DNA of 64,000 bases from Geosiphon pyriformis uo1 (taxonomy: Eukaryota > Fungi > Glomeromycota), in NCBI GenBank assembly GCA_016748015.1, contig JAAOMT010000516.1, positions 1 to 64,000 of the forward strand, written 5' to 3'. The notes beneath the pieces were generated by a model. It had not been told where the DNA came from and did no database searches. It saw nothing but the letters and a program-made list of their open reading frames with translations. Made by a program: the position numbers and the translations under genes. Positions 52,800 through 64,000 of this stretch are shown here, piece after piece. Positions within the stretch are counted from its first letter, which is position 1; each line of letters starts with the position of its first letter.

Positions 52800-55700
52800 T
52801 ACTTTTCTATACGTGCTTAAATATCCTGACTTATCAAGACGACATTACATAAAATTTATTCAGTGATAGTATCCTATAATTTTCTACATGAGCAAATATT
52901 TTAAATCTGACTCCAAGCTTATCCAAAACATTCCAATGCTTTATTCTGCAAGGGTTTCGTGCTTCCGTCAGAACCGAATTCAACTCCTCCAATAGACTGC
53001 TAATATCCAGTTCAGCCCAATTTCTTGCCAAGGGTTTCCGAAGTTTGTTGCCAGTGACGAGTAAGAAAAGTCTTTGTTTCATGGTTCACTCCCTTCATCC
53101 ATGTTTTTGAATCTCTTAAAATGACAAAACCACACCAATTTCCCCTTAAACTACTGTCATTGGTTCCATGCTGTATTTAAAATTTTCTTTCTTAGATTCC
53201 AGTTGGCTATATATGTGAACACATAGCCAGAGCTTTCGCTATCACCACACATTGCACATAGTGTGTTTGGATAATTAGCCTTGTAAATATTTTTTTTAGT
53301 TGCAGGAAGCCGCCTGTGAATTGCTTTTATCAAGTATGTGCACATGCCCATTGTGGTCTTGCTTGTGATACCTGTGCTCACCTGACAATTCATGCGCCAT
53401 AAAGCCAATATCTTGACCCAGTCTATGTTTTCCATGTTGTCCATTTCCTCAAATTCAAAGGTATGCATATTGTTAACTCTTTTTTTTTTAAACTTTCTAT
53501 TTAGCAAAGCTTTTTTTTTAACTTAATGTTAAATAATTTTAAAACTTATATGTTACTCATTAGATAAATTTTCTATTAATTTATAGCATGCTGCCTGTAT
53601 GAAGAGAATTTCTTGTATAACAATTCTATTAGAAATTTTCAAAAAAATCAATAAAAAAAGTATATTTTTTAAAAAAACTGTTTTCAAAATTAAGAATTTA
53701 AATAAAGTACCTTATTTTAATTTAATCATGGTGTATGATAAAATAAATCAACATTTGGAATCATATAATCACATAAAGACTCTTTGCAAAACTTTTATAA
53801 GAAAAATTTTTCTTAGCTTTTTTGTTTTATTAAATGATGCTAATTTTTTCCAAAATAAGGCTGTAAGTTTTTCTAAATAACAATAAATAGTTTAGACACA
53901 AATTCTATTTTGGATACAACATCTGAATAATTTTTTTAAACTGACTATTATGTAATCAAATTTTTTTTCAAGCACCAAAGCAAATATAGTATCCAAAATT
54001 ATTTCTTTTTCAACATTTTAAGATTTTTGGATTTGTTCTCTTTTCAGAATCTCAATTAAAATAATATTTATTGCTTTAAACTTTAACATTTCTAAAACCA
54101 CATAAAACATATAATTAATGGGTTTTAAAATTGGTGTACAAAATTCTTCCTAAGCAGAAAATGCAGTTATTGTAATATAAACACATTTAGTTTTTTAATA
54201 ACTGTCTTTTTCACAAATCTATTTTTAAATAATCAATTTTGCTTTCAACTACTTTTTCAAAGTCAAATTTGATAAATAAATTTCTTTAATTGTAAGAGTT
54301 TTTTATCAAATATTTATTGAAAAATATTTAATTATTAAAATAAGTTAATTTTAGGGGGTTTTCAAAAGAAGGAAGACTTATAGATGAAATTAACAATATA
54401 TTTAGTAAAAAACTTTGTAAACTTAAATTATGTTTTTTTTTTAGAATTTTTAGAGTGTTAAAAATAATCTTAAAATTTAAAGTCTACCAAATTTAGACAA
54501 GAAAAGCAATTAAAAGTTTTGTAAATAAAATGAATTATTAATATTTTTATTTTAAGTTTAAACTTAAAAAATTTAAAAATGCTAAGATAAAAAATTTTCT
54601 GAAGCAATTTTCTGTTTAATCACATGTTTTTGGCTTGACTTTTTTTCCAAAATATTATTTGTTTATGAACTTTCGCAATATTCTATGTTTTTTTTCAAAC
54701 TATAAACTATAATGAAGGTATAATATTCTTAAAACCAAGAAGATGCTTTTTGAATTGATTTATTTGTTTACAAGTATTACATTCCCAAAAAATTTAAATA
54801 AAATCAAATAGTGCAATAATATTTGCAAGTTTCTGATTTCACTCTTATAGGATGTTGATCATAAAAACTTGTGCTAAGAGAATCTGATAAAAAAATTCTG
54901 AATTGTCATCTTAATTCCAGATTCAGCTTTAAAATTTTTAAATTCATTATATGGTAAATATATTCTAACATCTTAAACTGTTTGTTTAACAGATAATTCT
55001 ATAATTAAAACACACTTTTAATAATTAAAACTACAACTGTAATCTTAATTAGACTATTTTTAAAATCAAAACACATAATAGTACATCTAGTTTAAAAATA
55101 GTTAATAATATCACAATTAATTATACAAATTTTTTTACCAATTAAATTAATAAAATTCTAAAGATTATGAGCAGTTGTGCCCATTAAAAGAATATACAAT
55201 AAAGTTTTATGTGTATTTTGGCATTTTATAAATGCTTATTAACATTAGTTTTGACTATGTAAACTGTATTTTTTTCAATAAGTAATTATTAAATTTTATG
55301 ATTGTTTTTTGTCACAGTATTACTAATTATAGTTTGATTGACTTAATTATTTCAAAATCAGTTAAAGCAGTTTATACAGTCTTTATTAATGTTCTTATAA
55401 AATTTTTTTTTACTATTATAGCTGAATTTATGCAATTATTTACCAGTTTTTTAAGATTAATATTTACCATAAAACTGTGATTATTTGTCAAACTGACAGC
55501 TGCTATTATTGTTATTTTAGAAGTAAAAAACATTTAGATTATTCTACCAAATTTTAAAAAAGTAAAAGTCTTTTTCTTAAAACTATTAACATTAAAAAAA
55601 ATTCTTAACAATTTTCAATTATTGCAGAGAAATTAATATCTAAAGCAAAAGATTTATAAACCAAAATTAAATGAAAATTTTAAAAAAAAGATGAAAAAAG

Positions 55701-56200
55701 AAAAAAAAGCTGTTTAAGACATTATTTTTATCATTATTTTTAACATTAAAGTCAATCTAACTAAAAAGCTTTCTAAATACATGTTTTATAACAATTTTTT
55801 AAGTCTTTTAGGTGTTATTTAACATTTTTAAGCTCTGATTTTTTATTATTTTCCAGCCAAAAACTTGTTTATTCTACAAAAAACTTCTTATTTAAATTGA
55901 TACTTTTTAATTCAATAGTATTTTTAGCTTCAAAGCCAGCCATTTTACTGGTTGTGAAAGTATTCTAAAAAATACTAGTACTAGTTACTATAACAAATTT
56001 TTTTAAAATACTATTTTTGTGTTTCTTTTTTGTAGACAAATTTGAAGCCACCAAATCAGTATTAGATTTTTTCTTGGTATTCTTTATAGCTAAACCATTG
56101 CTAAAACCAGCAGCTTTGTATTTAAACAAAAAATTTTGAAGTATTAAATTAAATAGTGTATAATAAACAAAGACAGAAAAACTTTTTATTAAAATTGACT
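52800..56200 (-). mobile_element. Non-LTR retrotransposon relic, internally deleted (ORF1 remnant + ORF2 C-terminal zinc finger)
   Basis: ORF 53157-53507 TYLIKAIHRRLP...YPNTLCAMCGDSESSGYVFT is a decayed C-terminal CCHC (zf-RVT-like) region. ORF1-like motifs L*QKTIIKF (~55290-55320) and LLYILLMGTTAHNL...GKKICII (~55120-55205). The space between is too short for an intact endonuclease + RT. Confidence 0.65.
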
Positions 56201-56249
56201 CTTTAAAAAATTTTTAAAACATAAAAGATAAAGATATTGAGACATAAAT

Positions 56250-56950
56250 AGTTTAGTTTAATCTTGTATTTAATCTGATTTAATCTATATAACAATATTG
56301 CTTGTATATATATAACTAAGTTATATACAATAATACAAGTTTTTTATTATATAAAAACAAAAAATTTAAGAGATTGCAAATAATAGTGTTTATTAGAAAA
56401 ATGTATAAAAAATATATAATAATGGTGTTTAAAGTTCTATATTTGTTTATTGGTATTAGTTTTAACAATATATATAAAGTTTTTCTTTATAAAAATTAAC
56501 TATTTAAAAGCTGCTGAGTTAGTGGCTTTAGTATTTTTAAACTCAATTAGTGTTTTTTGCCAAAAACTAATTAACTATATCTTAATATTTTTTACTTATT
56601 AAATTTAAATAATGTTAATTTTACTACTAATTTAGAAAAATTTATTAGAATTTCTTTAACAATAATTTTTTGAAATTAATATTTGCTAAAACTTTTTTTA
56701 CTAATTGCCAAATTTTTAGTCTGATTTAAATTCGATTTAAAAATAAATATTAACGAAATTATGTCTTAAAATTTTGAAAAAATAAAAGTCTATCCAAAAC
56801 AATTTATTTAATAAAAATTTTTTCTAATATATTTGAGTTTTTTATTTAAGTTTTTTTTAGCAATTACAACAAAATTAATATTTAAAACAAAAAATTTGAT
56901 CAGATTAAAACTTTTTTCTTTTTAACTGAAACTGTAAATTGTACAATAAT
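56250..56950 (-). mobile_element. Second non-LTR ORF1-like remnant
   Basis: IIVKEILIN (~56640-56668), FWQKTLIEF (~56538-56565) and IFLYIF (~56397-56415) repeat the motif order seen at 55120-55420. Confidence 0.5.
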
Positions 56951-59900
56951 CATAACAAATTTTTTTTTATTAATACATTTAATAAGTAAAGCCTAATCAC
57001 TATATAGTGTACAGAATCAAACTAAGTAACCCTATAAATATCTATTATAAAAGCATTTTATGAATAAAAAATTATTTGAAGTCTTTTTTTTGTTTTGTGG
57101 ATCATAAAAGATTAAGATTGAAACCAAAATTAAATTGAAACAATTTTTTCAAACACGACTATTTTAACCAAAACTCTTAAGTTTATAGATGTTGATTAAA
57201 ATTGGAATAACAATTTTTAAATAAAGAATATATTTTTATCAACAGATTTAATATTCCCAATTTTTTGACTTTAGCATTATTAATAAGTACAAAAACAATA
57301 ATACATAAACAATTAATTTACATTTTAATAGTGTAAACATAAATTATATGAAGATAAAAGTTTTTATTCGAATATTTTTAATAAGATATTTTCTTTAGAT
57401 TAATTTTAATCACAAATTTGCGCTATCTATTTATTAAGATACTTTGTCACTCTTTTTTCATAAATTATATGAATTATTCAAATATTTGGACATATGTTTT
57501 TCTACATTTTTCTTTTATAAGATTTAAAACCAAACTTATAATATTAAAAATTATATTTCGCAAAATTTTTTTAGCAATTTAACTTTTATGGTTTGAATTT
57601 TTGACTTGCTAAAACTAAAACTACTTATTACTTTAGCATTTTTCGAATTGAATGAATGAAAAACTCAAAAATATCTACCTGTTTTAAATTTCTACGAGTT
57701 TTCTTAATGACTTCATTATATTGTGCATCTTTCACAAAATTATTATCGATGACGATAAAATAATTTTTAAATTTTTGATTAAATATGCTTTCAAAAACAT
57801 CCACTTTAATAGTTTTATTATTTAGCTCTACATAAGAATTGTTTGCAGAGATATTTTGCCTCAGTTTTACTAATTATATAAATAAAATCATATTGAATAA
57901 ACATTTACTGGAAAATACAATTAATACCTGATATTGAATTCTAAAAATGCTAATATGAAGCATAGAATTATACCAATGTTATTTTTTGTTAACAATATAG
58001 ACTATTTCTCTATCTTCAGATTTTTTGTTACCTTTTGAAAAGAATAGCGACTGAAATAATTATGAAACTGATTTTATACATTGAATTCTTACTAATTCAA
58101 TTCGCTCATTAAAGTTGAATTATCTTTTTGATTATTTCATTGTTATACAATACTGTTCTTTCTTGCTATCTATTAATTTGTTAATCTAACCATAATATAA
58201 AAATGGTGCTCCTTGTAAGATGTTAAATTCTTAAATTATTCATTATTGTATAGTAATTACTCTTTTCTAATAATAGAAACACAAAATTATTTCATAGTAC
58301 ATAATTAAAATAATCTAGTCTATATTGAACTTAACCTTCTTTTATCTTGTTTTATTTGTTTTCCGGTTAAAAAACAGTCTAATCAAGAATTTTAAAATTT
58401 TTGGAATTGGTTTTTAATTAAACATTTAGCTAAAGTCTATTCAGTATATATTATTTATTTTTTAATTAAGTATATTTTAAAGAAAATTTTGAAATCCAAG
58501 ACAATTATATCAACTAATTATTATTTTCAGTTATTTTTAGTCAACTTTTTCTTGAATTTGAAATCTTAAATCAACAAATTTATACTTAGATAAATATTTA
58601 TTAACAAACTAAAATTCTCTTAAGAACTGAGAATAAAGAAAGTTATCAAATAGTATTTGTTTTTAAATCTTTTTCAAATGATTCAGACTTTTTATCCCGA
58701 ATATTTACTCTAGTTAACAAGATAAAACAGATATTTTATTAGTTTTTCAAGACATTTAAATTGTATTAAGTCAAAAAAACATAAATTTTTTATTTTTATT
58801 TAAAAGAGACTCTTAAAAACCAATAAAATGGCTCAAAAACTTTAAAAAAGCTGTTATAGCAAACTAATACAATAATAAATATAAGTTCTAAATAGTAAAA
58901 GAATATTTCTGCTATATGTTTTATTCAATAATAGAACTGTCCAACATATAATTTAATGATCATTTGAGAATATTAGACAAAATACAACTTTTTTTACTAC
59001 CAAATTTGAAGAAAAATTTTATACTACAATATTAAGATTCAAATTAAAAATAAAATTGAAAAAAAATACAAGATTTCAGAAAATATGTTACTAAATATGT
59101 TAAAGCAATTAAAAAATTAATAAAATAAGTTAACTTAAAAAAATTAGACAAAAAAACAAAAGATATATTTATTTATAAAAAAATTAAAAACAGACTTATT
59201 CTATATTATAAAATTTTTTTTCACAATTAAAAATAATTTTATCTTGGATTTAACAATAAAAATAGCACAAAAAATTGAAAACAATTAATGAATATATTTA
59301 AAAAACATAATTTTCTTCTAATAATTGCTTTAATCTTTATTTTTCTTTCTTAATTGGTTCTTATATTATTTATTGCTTATGTTTAAAATTCAAACAAACA
59401 ATTAATAAAGAAGTTAACAACAAATTTTGTTTGATTTTTAGAACTGTTAACTAAAACAGTCTAAAAAAATCAAAAACCTCAAAGACTTTAATTATAATCA
59501 GTTAAAAAAGTCTTAATATAATTCAAAATTCAGAAAACAAAGCTTTTTGTTTGTTATTAATGTAAAAATACTGGTTATCTGGAATAAAATTAAAATAATT
59601 TTTTAATGTTTTTTTTAGTTCTAAAAAATAATAATCAGAATTTTAATCCAAATACGAATTAGATTTATGTAAAATTTTTTGAAAAAGCTTCTTTAGTCAA
59701 AACAACAGAATATTAGTCTTTAAATTAGTAAAAATATCTTCTAAAAGTAAAAGTACAGACCAAAAAAAAGAAAATTTTTTATTTAGTTTTAATTTAATAA
59801 ATGATAACACAAATGCAAAAAAACAATAATAAGTTATTAAGTTACATCAGATTCAAAAAACAAAAAGTAAAATTTGACTTAGATTTTAATACTATTGCTT

Positions 59901-62900
59901 TAACATCTAACAACAAAAATAAAAATATTTAAAAACTTACCAATATTAGAATCCTAAAAATCATTTAAAAATCAAGATTTTATTCAATTGTAAAAAATTT
60001 AATAAAAAATCTATTTATATCACTTTTAATCAGCTTATAACACATTTTCAGTTCCAAAAAAATCTTAAAAAATTATTAATATTCAAAAAAAACAATTTAA
60101 GACCAATAAACACTCTTAACAAATAATATTAGTTCTTAGTAACAATGTTATTTTTTTTATTTATAAAACTCAAATTACATAGATTTAATTTTAAATAGTG
60201 GTTTATTAGTTAGTATTATAGCCCAGCATTTTTAGATATAATTAAAAAAAAATTTAATAAATTATTAATTTGATTTATAATTAATATTCATAAAAAAAAA
60301 GAAAAATTTAGAAATTGTTAAAGCTATTCTTATTTGAATTAATAAAATTTGTATAAAAATTGATATAAAAGTATCAAAAGCAAAAAATTATATTATAATT
60401 GTTGAAAATAAATAGTAGAAGAAGGCAAAAGCTTTTTTTAACTATAAACTTTATAAATTTATACTTTGAAGCAAATTTTAATCATTTGTAGTTAAATATT
60501 ATTATTGAACTGTTTTTTCTTCTGTAATTCAACAATAACAAAATAGTAATAATAATAATTCTAATATGTTAGAAAAATTTTTTTTTCATAAGTTTGTATT
60601 TGCATTAACATTAATATAGTCAATACATCAGAATAAATAAAATTTAATGTTTTAATACATAAATTTTAATAATATATATATAAAAATAAAGTATTATTTA
60701 TTTTATATTAAATAAATTTTCAATTACATATAATATTAATATTAATTTATTTAAATAAATAATATTAATTTTTACTGTAAAAAAATATGCATAATTTATA
60801 TATAAACAAAAAAAAACTATTTTTATTAAGCAAAAAGTCTAAAAATTAACATATATTTTTTTTTAAACATTTATATTGTATTAATTTTAACTTTAACCAG
60901 TTTTATTACTTTTGCCAAAAAATTCTTGATAATATATTTACTCTCATTTTATTTTATTAATAATATTATAGTATCTTAAAGCTATATATATATATTTATA
61001 AATAAAAATTAAGTTATCAAATATATTATTTATAATTTAATTAAGTAGTTATAGATATTAAAGTATTATATTTGTTTCTAATATTTTTTTTAATTTGCTT
61101 ATAAAGTTTTGTTTATTATTAAAAACTCTATATTAAGATTTTTTAATAACTAGTTAAATTAATATATGTTTAAAAAAATTGTATAAAAATTATTTTTGTT
61201 ATATAGATTATTATTTTAGTTTGTTAATAAGATATTGAATTTTTTGTTTGCTTTATTTTTATGCTTAAAATTAATAAGAACATATTTAATATTTGATAAA
61301 TAAATATTATAATTAATATAATCACATTGATAAAATTTTTTTAGTTTAGTAAGCAAACTGCATATTGTTATTTATATTGTTTGCTTATTTTTTGGTGTTT
61401 AATATTACATGGTTTTTTAATTATATATTTTTTTGACTAATTTGCTTTAAGATTTAAATAAATCTATAATTATTTTTAATAGTTTATATATAAGCTTTAA
61501 TATATTGACATGATTATCTTTTTTTTTAAAGTTATAGAGTTTATTAATTAAAACAATTTTTTTAATATATTTTTTAAAAAAAGTAATAGTAGAATTTTTA
61601 AATTGTAGTAACTTATCAAAATAAATTATTTTAATAAAATAAGTGTTTTTAATGATTATGATTTTAAAATATAAATAATATTAATAATTATCTTAAAAAC
61701 TGTAAATTAAGTATTAACATTATTTAGATAAAGTTCTGTAAAAAATTAAAACCAATATTTTATTGCAATTATTAATTACAAAAAAGCAAATAAGATTTTT
61801 TGCTATAATATAACAAATTAAAAATTTAATATTATTAAAATATAATAACAATTTTGATAAACTTTGTTTTAGAAAAAACAAGCTTAATTATAAATATTAA
61901 TTTACTTTTTCTATCTATTTTATCAAAATAAAAATAGTTATAAAGTCGTTAAAACTGGTTATTGTTAAAATAAAATAATATTGTCAATTATAAATAAATT
62001 AAGAACAGATAATATTAAAATTAAAATTATATTTTTGTAAAATTTAAATAATTAATTATAAAAAGCTTTGTATAAAAAAATGTATTAATAAGATTTAATA
62101 ACTGGCCAACATAAGTTTGGCAGAATATTAAATAGTTAAATAAAATTTTTATACATAAATTTAATATTATTAAGCTTTATTGTTCAAATTGTTAAAAACT
62201 GAGAAGTTATTAACATTAAAATATAAATTTGTATTAAAAATTACAATATTATTGCATAATTTTTTTGAAAAAAATTCAATTTCTGTAAGTAAAACAATAT
62301 TTAAGAACATTAAAATTACAAAAATACAATACATATAAGTCTGAATAATTATTCAAAATCATAAATTTTGTCTTTAATATTCAAGTCACAAGTTATAAAA
62401 TTGTTATCTATCTTAATTATTTTATTAAAACATTTGTAGTTTTTGTATCTGTATTTTTCACTTATTTTAATTCTTTTTTTTTTACTTGTTTATTTTTTGT
62501 TTTTTATCTATATTCTTTTTTTTTTACGAATTTTTTTTTAATTTTCTTAATCTATTTTTTTTTTTTATAAACTTTTTTAACTTTTTACCATATTTATTAT
62601 ACTTAATTTTAACTTTTTTCAATACTTGTTTAATATTTTTAACATTTTTTATGGTGTTTTGTGTATTGGAAAAATATGACTTAATATATGTTTGGTTTGT
62701 ATCAAATCTGTATAATTTTATGTTCTATATTCTATAATTGTTATTATATTATACAATATTTATTCATGTATTTATTAAAATATATTTTTTTGTCATTATT
62801 GTTTTATATATTTTAACATTAAAAATAGATTGCGTTTTATTATAAAATATTGTAAAATAATTTTAAATCTTAAAAATAATATATATTTTAATATTGGTCT

Positions 62901-63179
62901 TAAAATAAATATTAAATATTTAAATATTTAAATATTTAAATGTCAATTTTGAAAATTTTAAATTTAAATTAAGTATATACTATTTGAAATTTGGCCAACT
63001 TCTAAACTTATAAGATTGAATTATAGAAATTATAAAGAAAATAAAACAGAATAATCTCTTTAAAATCTCAAAATAAAATATTAAATATTTGGACAGAATT
63101 TAGACCGAGTAATTTTTAAAAAAATCAAAATTTTTTTGGTTTCTGTAACTTTTTTATAAATATTAATAGCCTTTAAAAT

Positions 63180-64000
63180 ATTATATTGTATATTAATTTT
63201 TTTTTATAACAAAAAAAAGTTGGTATTTTATATCTAATTTTTTATTTTTGTTGTTTTTAAATAAAGTTAAAATGGTTTTTGTTTATTTTTTGTTGTTTTT
63301 TTTCTATTAATATAACAAAATGCAAAATTATATTGTATTTTTGTATTATTTATCTTTGCTGTTTTAAATAAAGTTCAAGTGTTTTTATTGAATTTTTTAT
63401 TGTTTTCTTTTTATTTTAATAGTACTATCCATAATTATATTGTGTAATGTTTTAATAAATATTTTGCTTTTTATTGTAATAGCACTATTCAAGATTGTAT
63501 TATGTATTTAAATCTTCTGTTGCTATAACTTTTAAATAAAATTCCAATGATTTTTCACATTTTTTGTTGTTTCTAATTTATTAAAATTGCAATTTACAAA
63601 ATTGATTTGTGTATTTAGAATTCTTCTTTTGGTGCTTTTAGATAACATCATTTAAAAGAGTATTATGCTTTTTTATGTTTTATTTCTGCTGCTTTTAAAA
63701 AGAGTTTAAATGCTTTCTTATTATTTTTTATTGTTTCTTATCTATTATTATAACAAATTGCAAGATTGTACTGTGTATTTTAATTATTCATTTCTGCTGT
63801 TATTAAAATAAGTTCAGATGCTTTAACTTTAACTTAAAAAGTGCCAATTTTATTGAAGTAATAATGATTCAGAAAAAATGTTTAAGAGAATTCTTTATAT
63901 TTGTTGTTTTCTGATATTCTAAAAATACTTTTATTATTCAATTTTTGTTTAATTCTATATATTAAAGAAAAGCCAAGTAAAATATAGTGAATAGAGCTTT
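63180..64000 (-). pseudogene. Highly decayed Sel1-repeat gene (paralog D), continues beyond the window
   Basis: IHYILLGFSL at ~63963-63992 matches IDNILLGFSL / IDYILLSFSF of the other paralogs. Eroded units such as aaagcatttaaactctttttaaaagcagcagaaat and cagtacaatcttgcaatttgttataat occur on the minus strand. Confidence 0.75.

Noticed and set aside
58650-59600. Possible degenerate inverted repeat or MITE
   Set aside because: Similarity is too weak to distinguish from chance at this AT content.
62486-62737. Hydrophobic F/L-rich ORF resembling a membrane protein
   Set aside because: Low-complexity T-rich sequence; compositional artefact.

Overview
Very AT-rich eukaryotic scaffold with GT-AG introns and four N-gaps. 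The gene families (Sel1/SLR-repeat proteins with TKL-type kinases, class-3 lipase-like genes, fungal Tc1-like, MULE and non-LTR relics) point to a Glomeromycota fungus. Archaeosporales or a similar lineage is plausible, but that is inference. The core of the window is a cluster of four paralogous Sel1-repeat genes at different stages of decay: 17447-19473 (-), 23307-26370 (-), 47901-51388 (+) and 63180-64000 (-). Two of them are Sel1 repeats + Cys-rich linker + protein kinase genes forming a ~5.6 kb inverted segmental duplication. Between those two lie a convergent pair of lipase-3-like pseudogenes lacking the canonical catalytic serine and several transposon relics. The Sel1 arrays are 108-nt units that are near-identical except at four codons on one helical face, and the two recent copies carry different repeat orders. 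This suggests a rapidly diversifying, receptor-like repeat-kinase system. Most of the remaining sequence is transposon debris eroded by heavy C>T/G>A mutation, with sharp boundaries that fall inside single elements. No RNA genes or CRISPR arrays were seen.
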